A DNA stretch of 62,262 nt, filler included, from Basidiobolus ranarum (GCA_040143965.1; 31 parts of 31 records of this genome joined end to end with filler, not necessarily neighbours in it), one strand, 5' to 3'. Counted from the first letter of the whole stretch, positions 22,185 through 35,458 are shown. Translations and numbers: made by a program. The notes: generated from the sequence alone by a model not told the origin.

Positions 22185-24098
22185 TGTTTTTTTACTTATT
22201 GTTGTAAAATTGTTAAGTTAGATTTGATTTTAATCAAGTTTTCAGCTTCAGGAGTGAAACTTCAAGATCTTGCAAAATAGTTGCCCATCATTGGCTACAA
22301 TATCAGAGAACTCTGGATTAACACATGTGTAGAAACTTAACTCAAATTTTACACAATTGCCATTTAAACACTAATTTATCACCTTTGAAATCCCTAATCT
22401 CTTTGATAAATTCTCCTGAATATATTTATAGCTTTCTTCATACCCAAGGCTTAGCTCATACCCAACACAAGTTTGTATCAATATCTCCTTCAAAGCCCAC
22501 CATTATATTAATGTTGCAGAATCAACATCCTTCCAGCTATCTGGTGGATACCCTGCAATATTGTGCCACTCTATATTAAGTTCTTCCCAGATATCACCCT
22601 GTCAACACCAGAATGAATGTCAAGTTTTAATGTTCTTCTTCTGAAGCCACTTTCTGCATACTTGCACTGCATTTTTCTCCTCATACTTTTGAAAATACTC
22701 CCAAGCACTTGGACTATATTTGTATGTCCTTGTAGTGTTACACTACTGAGGGTGCTTTGTGGTGTCTGTGCAGCTTCTTGCTTGCCTTTAAGCTTGGGGC
22801 TAGTTTCTGATAAAAGTGTTTAGGGGACTTGGAAGTGTTTTGCACAAGATTTGGATTTGTGAATTAGACACTTAAGTATTATTTAACTGAATATGTCCTA
22901 TTTATAGTTTACTATGAAATAGGACTATTGGACATACTTAGATCACAACAAACATGGCTGTTAAGCATTGGTGAAAATTTGAGGTGATTTGGAGAAGTTG
23001 TGAGAAAATAGTGAAAATTGGTAAAAGTGATCTAATTGATATTTCCATCAATTAAAGCAATAAACACATCTTGTTGAATGACAGAATTGAGTGCTAAATA
23101 ATCAGAAAATGAATAAACTAACTACTAAATAATGAGTTGCCATTTACCTAATTTCAACATTCCCACTCAACTAACTATTTTGTATTTTTCTTAAACCTAA
23201 CTTATATCTTGATAATTAAGGATTTGATTAAGATATTAGCTATCATTTCTTCAGTAGGCCAATAGACAAGTTCAATTATATCATTCTCTATTGCTTCTCT
23301 AACAAAATGATGCCTAATAGCCAAGTCTATTGTTCTAGCATGAAATACAAGGTTTTTAGCTAATGAAATACAACTTTGATTATCTTCAAATACAGTAATA
23401 GTACGTTTTTGCATGTATCCTAAGTCTGTAAATAACTTCCTGAACCACACAGCTTCTTGTGTAGTAGCAGAGGCAGCCATACACACTGCTTCTATAGTGG
23501 AAAGTGATATGGCTGGTTGCTTCTTACTATTCCAAGTTATGGCTCCATTACCATAGAGAAAAGTGTATCCAGGTGTTGATCTTGTATCATCAAGGCTTCT
23601 CCCCAGTCTGCATCACTGTAGCCTTCAAATTTTGTGCATCCGGAGTGGCGGAGTATTCCAGAACTAGATCTAAAGTTCCTCTGAAATACCTGAATGTTTG
23701 TTATACTGCTGTTTGGGCTCAGATCCTGGATTTTTGAGGTATTGGCTGACAGTTCCCTCTGCCAGAGCATTGTCCATAGAGCAATTTTTGCAGTTTACGG
23801 ACCATATCAGGATGTTTTGGGTCAACAAATTCATCAGTTGGGTTGGGTTGGGTCAACAAATCCATTGGTTGCTCCATATAGATCTTTTCTTCTAGATTTC
23901 TGTGCAGAAAGGCTGTTTTTACATCCATATGATGTAGATCAAGGTTATGGAAGGCTGAGAGGGCCAGGATTGATCCAATGGAGCTAAACTTAGCTACTGG
24001 AGCAAAAGTTTCATTAAAATCAACTCTGGGAGTCTGGAAATAGCCTTTTGCAGCTAATCTTGCTTTGTACCTTTCTATGGTTCCATCAGCTTGGTTTT
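22185..24098 (-). mobile_element. DNA-transposon subterminal fragment (22185-22720), then copia family B LTR (22808-23159), PPT and degenerate RT/RNase H
   Basis: MDVKTAFL, GYSDADWG, VFEDNQSCISLAKN, RHHFVRE. PPT AGTTGAGTGGGAA precedes TGTTGAAATTAGG. Confidence 0.85.
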
Positions 24099-24199
24099 NN
24101 NNNNNNNNNNNNNNNNNNNNNNNNNNNNNNNNNNNNNNNNNNTTAATTAATTAANNNNNNNNNNNNNNNNNNNNNNNNNNNNNNNNNNNNNNNNNNNNC

Positions 24200-25151
24200 C
24201 CGGAGAACAACAGATTGTCCAAGTTCGGCTTCAGTGCTACGGTAGAGTTCATTAATGTCTCGGATTTTGCGGTAGAACAATCTCTAACCTTTTCAATAGC
24301 TCAAAACTAGTCAAGATGTCTCTACCGACTGCAAAAGACTGGTTTTTGCTTTACCTGAGCCCACCCAAACATTGAATAATTACGCTTCCTCGCATGTGTT
24401 AATAAGAAATGGATGGACAGTAAGACCCTACTCTCCTATTTCAGAGCCTAATAGAGTTGGGGAGATGGAGCTGCTAATTAAGAAATATCCAGGTACAGTG
24501 GCTGTCTAAAGGGGAATACATCAATACTTCACGTACCAACATGGAGATTTCAATGTAGGAGGGAAAATGTCAAGCTTCTTACACTCGTTAGTTCCAGGGG
24601 ACAGTATCACAGTGTATGGGCCAATGCATGCCTATAAGCATGACGCGGAGAAGTACCCCAACATTGTTATGATGGCAGCCGGCACCGGGATTAATCCAGT
24701 GGTAATAATGATTATTCAACTCATCCATACTTGTTTTAATTGCCTTCCTAATTGCCTTACCCTCTTGTAGTATCAATTACTATTACATCTTTTAAATCCA
24801 GCATCCCCCAACAACCGCATCATTCTACTCTATGCGAGTCACTCACCAAGTGATATTCTTTTGCGAGCAGAATTAGATGAGCTAGCTAAAACCTATCCCG
24901 AGCAGCTCAAAGTGCACTATACTGTCTCGGATGCACCAGCTTCCTGGAAGAGCCATGTGGGCAAAATTGATTTGCCCATGATTCAGCACAACGTGGATTT
25001 AAGCGAGTCAGTATTTGGTAATGCTAAAGTTCTAATCTGTGGTCCACCAGGCTTTGAGGCATCCTTGGTTGGAGAAAGAAAATTCTTTCAGAGTAAGAAA
25101 GGATTGTTGCATGAACTAGGATTCAAGAATGAGCATATCACAGTCTTGTAA
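24200..25151 (+). CDS. NADH-cytochrome b5 reductase-like (Mcr1/Cyc2 type) FAD/NAD oxidoreductase, 5'-truncated. Exons ..24241, 24300-24492, 24559-24701, 24771-25151
   Basis: Spliced product has VRPYSPIS, LLIKKYPGGKMS, AAGTGINPVYQ, LLYAS, VLICGPPGF. Three canonical GT-AG introns. Confidence 0.9.
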
Positions 25152-25230
25152 TGATTTTGAACTAAAGAGCAAATTGCAGTATTGTAACCATTTTAAATGT
25201 CCACTTATAAACATCACTATTTCCTATTAA

Positions 25231-25913
25231 TTGAGAAAAATGATAATGAGCTTAATCATCGACTTTGGTGAAATTTCAGTGAATCTATCGAGTATAAATG
25301 AATTATGGAGTGAATGCTTTATTTCCCGTGGAAAGTTGGGATATCGCATTACATCTTTCAAACTATCCTTAGCTTCAACAAGTCTACCTCTGGAAGGCAG
25401 AAATGCTTTGGAGAAGATGAACTTGAATTTATCACTAACTGGAGAGGATTTGATGTATGAAAGTCTCTCCGAAAAAGACCTCGATCAGATAAATCATGGG
25501 TGAATCTTCACGATGAATGCTTTTATATTAACACTTTTACCAACAAACTTAAATTCCCAAGAGCCTACATGGACGACTGTGCTAAGGCTTCACACTGTCT
25601 ACGCTCTAAACGTGCCAGTTCTCCAGTGCCATGGGGAACGATACATGGAGATATGGCAGTAGCATGCTTAAATACACTAGGTAATTATCGTCAACGCTAT
25701 TTAGGCCGTGACGTGATGTATGAATTGGCTTTAACGCATGTAGATCTTCATCTAAATTATCTTCCATACGAAGAGAACGAAACAATCTATGTACACGCTG
25801 ATACTGAAACCTGGAACGATGCCACAGTAAAAATGATTCAGAAAAGTGGCTACCAGAGTTTGCTGAAAAATGAATGGTTTTCTGTGGTACTATGTGATGT
25901 AGAGGAGAGTTAA
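25231..25913 (+). pseudogene. GNAT (FR47-like) acetyltransferase, apparently frameshifted near 25500
   Basis: LNTLGNYRQRYLGRDVMYELA resembles GNAT motif A; ADTETWNDATVKMIQKSGY resembles motif B (N..S..L..K.GF). Split over two frames. Confidence 0.5.
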
Positions 25914-26211
25914 ATAATTATTATAGAAATATTCCATGATTGGTTAAATATTATACCAGGGTTCTTTAAATAAATAAATCACTACTACGCTCTAATGAAT
26001 AAGTGTTAGTCTTTGATGAATAAATTTCTAAAAAGGTGACCTCAGTAGGAAGGCAGACAATGGCTTTAATCAGCATTAAGTTCTGTCAAGACATATCCGT
26101 TGTTTTCCTCANNNNNNNNNNNNNNNNNNNNNNNNNNNNNNNNNNNNNNNNNNNNTTAATTAATTAANNNNNNNNNNNNNNNNNNNNNNNNNNNNNNNNN
26201 NNNNNNNNNNN

Positions 26212-26699
26212 CCACCAAAATGTATAAATGCTTAATTTCTGGTCAATAAATAATTATCTCACAAAGCTATTCACAACTCCACTTTTCTAAAGTTCCTCCA
26301 AACAGCCCATATTTTCCCAATACTTAACCCATTCTATACATTAGTTTGTTTAGATATTGACAAAACTATAAATGTCAATTTTCTACTCTATAAATCAATA
26401 AGTGAAAACCACCAATTCCTCTAATTTTCCAAACCACTTCCAACAGGCTCCCAAATATTTTAGCAACTTACAACATTTTTACCAACTGAGAAGTTCTCAG
26501 ATATACAGATTTTTCAAAGAAGCCCCAAACTTTTCACACATGTTCCTGAGACCTTCCTTAACACATTCTACACATTAGTTTGTTTAGATCTTGATAAAAC
26601 TATAAATGTCAATTCTCTACTCAATAAATCAATAAGTGAAAACCACCAATTCCTCTAATTCTCCAAACCACTTCCAACAGGCTCCCAAATACTTTAACA
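26212..26699 (+). mobile_element. Tandem fragments of copia family A LTR
   Basis: Two copies ending ...GGCTCCCAAATA(T/C)TTTA(G/A)CA. Confidence 0.75.
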
Positions 26700-28025
26700 A
26701 ACACATTAAGATTCTTGTATTTTTTGATTTTCATTATGGCTGGAATACAAAGCCTATAATTTCTAAATAAAGGCATGGATCATAATTTGAATTCCTATAG
26801 CAGTAAATGCAGTAATATGCCATTCCAATATTGGTTTTTCCAACAATTGTTGGAAATTAAATAATGCATGCCAAATATGAGGATCAATATTTCACCATGT
26901 ATGATGACAAACATAATATTGTCAAGAAGCTGGCATCTCACCATCAAGATCTCTTGCAGAATGCAAGCCACCAATATTGTGACAGTCCTCTGACAGTTTT
27001 TTGCTTAAGAATTGTGGATGCAATCTGGATCAAATTGATTTTATTTTTGTTAGGGTATGCACTTCCCAATAAGCACTACTTTCATGTCAGTCTCAAACCC
27101 TTCAACCTACATAATAAAGGTAAAGATATGAACATCTTCCAACCTGTCAGTGATCCATCTGGCTATATCACTGCCACTATTACCCGCCGCTAAACATCTA
27201 TATACAATTGTAACAATCAAATAGTCATTTTATAGTTTAAAACACTAAATGAAGTGCGTATTAGTTCTGTATATGTGGGTATTAATTTATGAAACTATGT
27301 AAGTATTACAAAACTATCATCGAGCTCAAAGGTGCAATTAAAGGTTTTTTGATGCAACAATCTAATTCCAACCAGTCTATTATCTTATTCTTGAATCGAG
27401 GTTGGAAAACTGCCATACTGACATACTAATGGCAATCAAACGATAATCTAGATCAAAACATTACTATATGATAATTATCCACCGGCAGTATATATATATA
27501 TATACTCAATATTGTAGTAACTAAAGGCAAGAAAGACATGAATATTAAGTATCGAACTGGCTCTACCGTAGAAATTAAAGGAGAGTTTAACCTACATCAT
27601 ATACCTCTTGGGAATAACAACAATAAACGAGTGATATACATCGATTTCATTTAGAAGTTCAGTTCTGTCATTTCAGCTACTTAAAATTATTGCTATAAAG
27701 GGACCCCTCTCGAACTGTAAATAAGCAAAGTATAATCGGTATTTATGGATCTAGCTACCGTTCAGAAATCCGTTATATAAGACTATATACCATGTCAAAA
27801 GATAATCATGAATTTTTGAATAAATCGTTGTGGATGTTGTGAATATTTTATCTGGAATTGGTAATTAGAGGCATTTGGAAGATCCTTACAACTATACTAT
27901 TTGGCAAATATGTATGACTACTATTGTGAGGTGACTTTAAATGTGCTCACGATTCGATTGGTCGATTTATTGGCGAAGATATTTATATATTACATTCTAC
28001 AAGTTATATAGCAAAAGTTAGAAGA

Positions 28026-28124
28026 TTAGGAGCGGTTAAGAGCAGCAGATGCTTCAGCTTGCTTGACCAAGTTCTCAGGAGCATCCAACCAGTCCATCAT
28101 CAATTCAACAAGATTGATCTTGTC
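28026..28124 (-). CDS. PDC: Pyruvate decarboxylase C-terminus (last 32 codons)
   Basis: DKINLVELMMDWLDAPENLVKQAEASAALNRS* parallels the fungal Pdc C-terminus (IEVML...DAPQNLVEQA). Too short for the ORF track. Confidence 0.75.
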   Translation of the reverse strand, partial: DKINLVELMMDWLDAPENLVKQAEASAALNRS

Positions 28125-28224
28125 NNNNNNNNNNNNNNNNNNNNNNNNNNNNNNNNNNNNNNNNNNNNTTAATTAATTAANNNNNNNNNNNNNNNNNNNN
28201 NNNNNNNNNNNNNNNNNNNNNNNN

Positions 28225-30136
28225 TCACACCTGAAACTGAAAAAATTGATTAAAATCAAATCTAACTTGACAATTTATGATAGTAATTAAACAGTCAATC
28301 CCATATGGATTAAAATTGTGATGGTTTTTCTACAATAACAATCCTCAAATTTCTGTTAGGGACCTATATAGTCATAGATAGCTTGGTACTTAGTTATCTT
28401 ATAATTCACTGAGATGTTATCCATTGTTCTCAATTGAAATTTACTTAGAAGTTCTCAGATATATAGATCCTTCAAACTTGTGCTAATAGCCACAAACTTT
28501 GCACACATGTTCCTTGGACCTTTCTTAACACATTCTACATGTTAGGTTGCTTACATTTTGACAAAAATATAACTGTCAACAGAATACTCAATAAATCAAT
28601 TAGTGAAAACCACCAATTTCTCTAATTCTCCAAACTACTTCCAACAGGCTTCCAAATACTTTGACAGGTTCCAAGACCAAGCTTGCACTCTGTGTAGTGT
28701 CAACTTCTCAGATTTATGGAACTTTTCTCTCTACTGAAAAATTAGATTGAACCAATCAACAAGTATGGAAAATTAAAATGAAAATTCTGCTGCAAGAAAA
28801 AGAACTTTAGGACACTGTTGTAGGAGAAGAAAACAATGAATAACTATCTGAAACCAAAGTTTTACTCCAGGTTAGAAAAGATCAAAGTGCCTTTAACACA
28901 ATTTGTCTTAATGTTAAAAATAAAGTGCTAATTCAATGTTCCAGAGCTAATAATGCCAAGAAGGTATGGAAAGCCTTGGAAGTCCCTTATCAAACAGGTT
29001 CTGCTACCAACAAGATGTTTCTAAGAAGACAATTCTTTAACTTAAAGATGAAGCCAGGAGAAGATATTAAATCACTAAATAATAGAGTCACTATTTTAGT
29101 GGATGAAATGGAATGCATTGGAGTACCTACTACTGATCAAGATATCATAGTTACAGTCCTAGTAGCCTACCACATGAGTTTCAGAGCCTAGTAATGGCTC
29201 CAGAATCAAAAACTGAAAATTTGACCTTAAGTACTATATTTGGCAGACTTCTGGATGGAGAATTAAGCAAATCAGGATCCAATCAAAAGAATGAAGAAAA
29301 TGCTCCAATAAGCTAGGGCAAATCTTTCTACAAAGGTCAAAAGCACTTTGAGAAGAAAAGTAACACATTCTGTGATTTAGTGTTTACAACAGAAGATCAC
29401 TTGTTCATATCTGCTCTATCAATGACTATGAACAAGGATTCTCAGACATAGTATATTGATTCTGGAGCCTCCCCAGATCCCACAAATGAAAAACATTGGT
29501 TTCTGGATTATGAAGAAATCCCAATTAGAAAGGTTTTCATGGGAGATGACTGCACATTCCCTAACAGATATTTGAGGATTGTTATCATAGGAAAACCATC
29601 ACAATTTTAATCCTTTTGCTATTGACCATTTACCTACTGTAATAAAATTGTCAAGTTAGATTTGATTTTTATCAAATTTTTCAGTTTCAAGAGTGAAATT
29701 TCAAGATCTTGCAAAATAGTTGCACACAATTGGCTACAATCTCAGAGAGCTATGGATCAACACATGTGCAAAAAATGTAACTCCAATTTTACACAATTAC
29801 TACTTGAATGCTAATTTGTCATCTTTGAAATCCCTAGTCTCTTTGATCTATTCTCCTGAATGTTTTTATAGAGTTCTTCATACCCAAGGTTTAGCTCATA
29901 CTCAACACAAGTTTGTATCATTATCTCCATCAAAGCTCACCATTGTATTAACGTTGCAGAATCAACATTCTTCCAGCTATCTGGCAGATACCCTGCAATA
30001 TTGTGCCACTCTGTATTAAGTTCTTCCCAGATATCTGCACGGTCAATACCAGACTGAATGTCAAGCTGAATGTTCTTCTTCTGAAGCCACTTTCTGCGTA
30101 CTTGCACTGCGTTTTTCCCTTCATACTTTTGAAAAT
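28225..30136. mobile_element. Copia A LTR (28362-28666) and gag relic, flanked by two insertions of the CCCTAACAG-ended element (28225-28361 -, 29559-30136 +)
   Basis: Gag AKKVWKALE..Y..GSATNKMFLRRQFFNLKM, protease IDSGAS. Both termini are sharp. Confidence 0.8.
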
Positions 30137-30236
30137 NNNNNNNNNNNNNNNNNNNNNNNNNNNNNNNNNNNNNNNNNNNNTTAATTAATTAANNNNNNNN
30201 NNNNNNNNNNNNNNNNNNNNNNNNNNNNNNNNNNNN

Positions 30237-31450
30237 CTTGAAATTTCACTCCTGAAACTGAAAAAATTGATTAAAATCAAATCTAACTTGATGATTTTAT
30301 GATGGTAAGTAAACAGTCAATCCCAAATGGATTAAAATTTTGATGGTTTTCCTACAAGAACAATCCTCAAATTTCTGTTAGGGATATTGCAGTTGGTGAA
30401 TCTTGAGAATATCCTAAATCTGTTAAGTATTTTCTTAACCACATTGCTTCTTTGGTTGCATCTTGGGTAGCCATGTATACTGCTTCTGTTTTTGAAAGTG
30501 ATATGGTAAGTTTTTTCTTGAAATTCCAAGAAATAGCTCCATTATAGCAAAGAAATAAGTATCCTGTTGTAGATCTCTTGTCTTCAATCTGTCTTCCCCA
30601 ATTTGAATCTGAATATCCCATCAGATCAAAGTTTGATCCTGAAAATGTGTACAGATCTGCAGTACCCTTGACATATCTGATAATCTACTTAACTGCTATG
30701 ATTTGATTGGATCCATAATTTGGAAGATATTGGCACATAACTCCCACAGAATATGCAATATCTGTCTATGTTCTAGCCATGATATATATATCAAACTACC
30801 AATCATGTATCAATAAGGAAATTTCTGGTTTTCATTTCAATTCAAGAATATCTGATTTGAGCTTTTTATGGTGAAGCTAAGATTTGTCTGCATTGGGGTA
30901 GATACTGGATTATATTCTTCCATTTTAAACATCTTCAGTATATATAGGATAAACTTTGATTGGTTTAAAGTTATTGTTTTGGTAGTTCTATCTTTCTCAA
31001 CTTGGATTCCAAGATAGGATATCAGTTCACTAAGAGCAATCATTTTGAATTTGGCAGATAAGCTGGATTTGGTTTTCTCCAAAGTTTTCAAATTATTAGT
31101 TGCTATAATAATGTAATCTACATACAAGGCTAATAAAACTGGGCTTGTCTTCACTGTCCTGAATTGGATACTATAGTCAGCATTACTCTTTTGGAATTTG
31201 AGTGTTTTCAACAATGCATCTAGCTTGCTATTGCAAGCTCTTGGAAATTGTTTTAAGCCATAGAGTGGTTTCCTGAGTCTGCAAGCTTTTTTAGGGTTTT
31301 CTGGGTCCGCAAATCTATATGGCTAGTCCATATAGCTCTGCTCAGCAATCTTACCATTCAAAAAAGCAGTTTTAACACCCATTTGTTGTATAATAAACCA
31401 TTATTAAGCTGAAATTGCCAAAATCAATCTTATTATATTTAACTTTGCTA
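30237..31450 (-). mobile_element. Copia RT/RNase H relic interrupted at 30383 by the DNA-transposon terminus
   Basis: LALYVDY, GYSDSNWG..EDKRSTTGY. Confidence 0.85.
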
Positions 31451-31482
31451 GAGATCCCAAACTTTGCACACATATTACTAGG

Positions 31483-32148
31483 TGTTGGATAATTGATCTT
31501 TATTCAACATTATAGTTAACTTTAATTATGATACATATATCAGAAACAGAAAGTGATATATCTAAAGCCCTCTATTTTCTAAATTGGAATATCTCTATAT
31601 CTATATAACAATTATGTCTTATTACCCACACTTATCTATTATATCTAATTACACAAGCTCTTGACCATCTCAAACAATTGACTTACTTTCTACTATATAA
31701 GTCACCATTTATTCTTAAGAATAAAGTAACTAAAGCACACTATCTTAAGTTGCCTCCAATACACAATGTATACCCCCATTATGTCAAGATCCTCAAACAT
31801 GGTAGCAGCAAGTGAATTAGAGGTTTTTTCCCAAAAGGCAATTACTCATATTCCAACATTCAAATATGTCTGGGAAGTAGTTCAACCATATGAAGAAGAA
31901 AAAACTTCTCCAGAAGAAAGTACAGATTCTGACACTGAAACAAAGAAGCCAACATGTAAAGAAGCTGAAGCAGCCTTCAAAGAAAAAGACAGATTGGCAT
32001 TTAGGGAAATATGTTTAAGACTGGGATCACAACAACTTAAGTTAGTCAAAGATACTGACTCTGCCAAGAAAGCATGGGAAATCCTAGTGGAACATGATGA
32101 GCAAAAAGGGCTTGCTTTCTTGATGATGCTACAAAGAAAATTCTTAAA
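31483..32148 (+). mobile_element. Copia family C: 5' LTR (31483-31799), PBS TGGTAGCAGC (31800-31809) and gag start
   Basis: TG...CA LTR identical in family to 9343-9659. Gag KDRLAFREICL..SAKKAWEIL. Confidence 0.85.
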
Positions 32149-32248
32149 NNNNNNNNNNNNNNNNNNNNNNNNNNNNNNNNNNNNNNNNNNNNTTAATTAA
32201 TTAANNNNNNNNNNNNNNNNNNNNNNNNNNNNNNNNNNNNNNNNNNNN

Positions 32249-32963
32249 GACAAGGATACCTATCACCTTTAACATGCGTACATTTAGATGTGGGTACAAA
32301 GCATGGATAGAGTCAGCGAAAACCATTAGTAAAGCAACACTAGCTGCAAGTAACTCCGCAACTAGCAGAATAGCCATAACTATCCTGCCTTTGTTTCCAA
32401 AAGCAGCATAGCCTACATCAGAAAGTGAGAGCATTGTAGGACTTAGGTCCAAGCATTTGCGAAGTAGAACAGCAGTGTAACGCGTCAACAAGCAGAACGT
32501 GATCAACATGAATAAACCGAGTACCCAACCAGTAATCTTAAAACCGTATGGTAAAGAGAGAATACCAAGGCCCATCAATACATTCACAGCATTGAAAATG
32601 GACTGGGAAAAAGTACTAGTAGGTTCGTCGTAAACCTCACACTCTTCTTGGTTTGGTAATAAAGGAGTTTCTTCTGGTTTTAAGATACTAGGAGGTTTAG
32701 TTGCTTCTTCAGAAGTCGTAGGAAGACTCATGGTGCATTCCGAAGGTCGAAGATACTCCTCACCTACAATATCCTCAGGACTAGAATGTGGTTAAAAACT
32801 ATATCAATTGAACTTTTTAACCTGACTAAACTTACTCGGGAAAAGCATTGGCTAGAAGTTGTAAAGTGGTACTTTTATGAGAAGAAGATAAACCGGCATC
32901 AGGTAATCTTGAGGCCCTCGATCGGGTCGACCGAATGGTGTAGGTCGATTTGTAGGAAGACAT
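32249..32963 (-). CDS. Vacuolar amino-acid transporter (AAAP/AVT1-like), 5' part. Exon 32963-32836, intron 32835-32781, exon 32780 to contig end
   Basis: STFSQSIFNAVNVLMGLGILSLPYG...GW..G, DVGYAAFG. A 55-nt GTAAG...TAG intron keeps the frame. Confidence 0.88.
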
Positions 32964-33745
32964 AGTAAAAGAATGGAAAGTATAAAAATTTGAACGAATT
33001 AATCTGTTAGTCAAATATCTAATATGTAGTATAAAAAGTGCAAAAGAAAACGAGCGGCTTGGTTCCTTTATAAGTGGAGTAGTCACTGGACTGACACATG
33101 AAAGATATCTGACATTCATACAATGGCTATCACCCAAAATGGGATTCCAAAATTATTAGGGTTTCAACACGACTATGACTAAGGGCCATTTGATCATCAA
33201 ATAGGCATAATGTGGAATGTATCGGGATGGAGAAATATTGTGTAAGGCTGAGATCTCAATTCGAGATACACTATCCCAGAATGAGCAACCTAAGCATTAC
33301 CTCATTGTTGGGTAGTGATGGGCGGGATGATAGAGCTTCGGATACACACCGATACAGCCATTGTTACTCAAAATTCGAATACTACTTTAATAGGTTATTG
33401 TGCATGTACAATAGAGTTATTGTGAGAAAATGGGCCTGTGCTCGCATTCAAGAGTCGAAATACTAACACCAACTCCAAATTGTGGAGTGGAGTGGTCACC
33501 AGTGGCTAACCCCCGACCCCGACCCATGCTCTATTCTCTATTCCATGCTCTAATCAATGTGCTATAAATCTTCGTGAGCTTTACTAAAGTGATATCACGT
33601 GAATATAAATGGAAAAGATACAAGATAAGCAATGCGATGATATGAAACAAGGGTATGAGGAATGGGTGGCAGCGAATGAATGGCGAGGAATGAGTGTATA
33701 TCGGAATTAGAGAAATGATACTAAAAATATAAGCCGCGTGATCAA

Positions 33746-34159
33746 TTATTGTTGAAGAAGCTCTTCTGGAAGGAATGACCAAACAGTGCCGGTAATTGCT
33801 AGGATGGTGCAAAGAATTACAAGGAACCAATCCAAAGTCTTCTGTGCAGGAGACAAGCGATTACCAAATAATTTAATGTGGCAAATGATGGGGAATATGG
33901 CCGATATAGTAAAGCACGAGAAGGAACCCAACAGCGCCATAACTCTATGAAAACCAGGAATCAAAATGGCAACCAAACAAACGAAGAAACACAACAGAGT
34001 ACGGAAAATAATTCGACGAAGCTTCGAGGCTCTGATGTTCATGTTGAAAGGCGCGTTGCTGAAGAATATCTCCAGGATCAAATTCGCCGGGTTAAGGGTC
34101 AGTCCGAATTTACTGATTGGATTGAGAACAACGGTCCAGACAACAAGACGAGTCAGGAA
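33746..34159 (-). CDS. Vacuolar amino-acid transporter (AVT1-like), 3' part of an upstream tandem paralogue
   Basis: NPISKFGLTLNP, IPGFHRVMALLGS, AIFP, GTVWSFLP. Confidence 0.85.
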   Translation of the reverse strand, partial: FLTRLVVWTVVLNPISKFGLTLNPANLILEIFFSNAPFNMNIRASKLRRIIFRTLLCFFVCLVAILIPGFHRVMALLGSFSCFTISAIFPIICHIKLFGNRLSPAQKTLDWFLVILCTILAITGTVWSFLPEELLQQ

Positions 34160-34784
34160 NNNNNNNNNNNNNNNNNNNNNNNNNNNNNNNNNNNNNNNNN
34201 NNNTTAATTAATTAANNNNNNNNNNNNNNNNNNNNNNNNNNNNNNNNNNNNNNNNNNNNGCTTTCCAGCAAATAGACTATGTTAACTAGTTAAAGGTGGC
34301 TTAGAAAATAAAGAATCAGTGATAAAATTGCAATTACATCAGCTGTGGCTTAGATATTTGGTACACATCAGCAGAGTATAATGATTGATGAATGTGCAAA
34401 TTTTCAGTGCTACTCATTGGCTAGATCCCAAGATATTGCTGATTTAAGCTGCTAAATAACAATTTTGCTTAAAAAAAGTGGCTTAGCTGTTTTTCTTCAT
34501 GCTTAGGTCAGAGATATTGATTGTTCTAGACTTGACTCTAACTTACCCAATAATGGTCGAATCAGAATGATTCTTAGTTCATTGGAAAGCTGTGGCTTAG
34601 CTGAGTTTGAATCTTGTGGTTTTGTGCATGTTTGGATAGTATTGACACTGCTGTTGATGATTGAAATTTTGGTTTCTTCTGCTTTGCTCTTTTTCTGCAA
34701 GTTTCTTTCTTTAGCTAATCAAGGCTGATTTATGGATAACTCTTGCAATAAAGTGTTTGCATAAAATGCAACACTACAACACAT

Positions 34785-35458
34785 GCCAAAAGTAAATATG
34801 TTTTTAAAAAGAGGCTCACGTTTGTAGTGCGCGTCAAGGGATGAGCGGTCTTTGTAACTCCTATAAAGTCAAAGGTAAAAAATAATGACGTGGTATCAGT
34901 TATACGCATGCCAAAAGTAAATATGTTTTTAAAAAGAGACTCACGTTTGTAGTGCGCATCAAGGGATGAGCGGTCTTTGTAACTCCTATAAAGTCAAAGG
35001 TAAAAAATAACAACATGGTATCAGTTATACACACGCCAAAAGTAAATATGTTTTTAAAAAGAGACTCATGTTTGTAGTGCGCGTCAAGGGATGAGCGGTC
35101 TTTGTAACTCCTATAAAATCATAGGGGAAAAATAATGACGTGGTATCAGTTATACGCACGCCAAAAGTAAATATGTTTTTAAAAAGAGGCTCATGTTTGT
35201 AGTGCGCGTTGAGGGATGAGCGGTCTTTGTAACTCCTATAAAGTCAAAGGTAAAAAATAATGACATGGTATCAGTTATATGCATGCCAAAAGCAAATATG
35301 TTGTTAAAAAGAGACTCACATTTGTAGTGCGCATCATTGGATGAGCGGTCTTTGTGACTCCTGTAAAGTCAGAGATACAATATAATGACATGGTAACAGT
35401 TATACGCACTACAGAAGTAAACAAGTTTTTAGAAAGAGGCTCATGTTTGTAGTGCACA
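34785..35458. repeat. Tandem repeat, 125-bp period, about 5.4 copies
   Basis: Units start at 34785, 34910, 35035, 35160, 35285 and 35410. Confidence 0.95.

Noticed and set aside
34785-35458. 125-bp array as a CRISPR array
   Set aside because: Whole units repeat with no unique spacers, there are no cas genes, and the context is eukaryotic.
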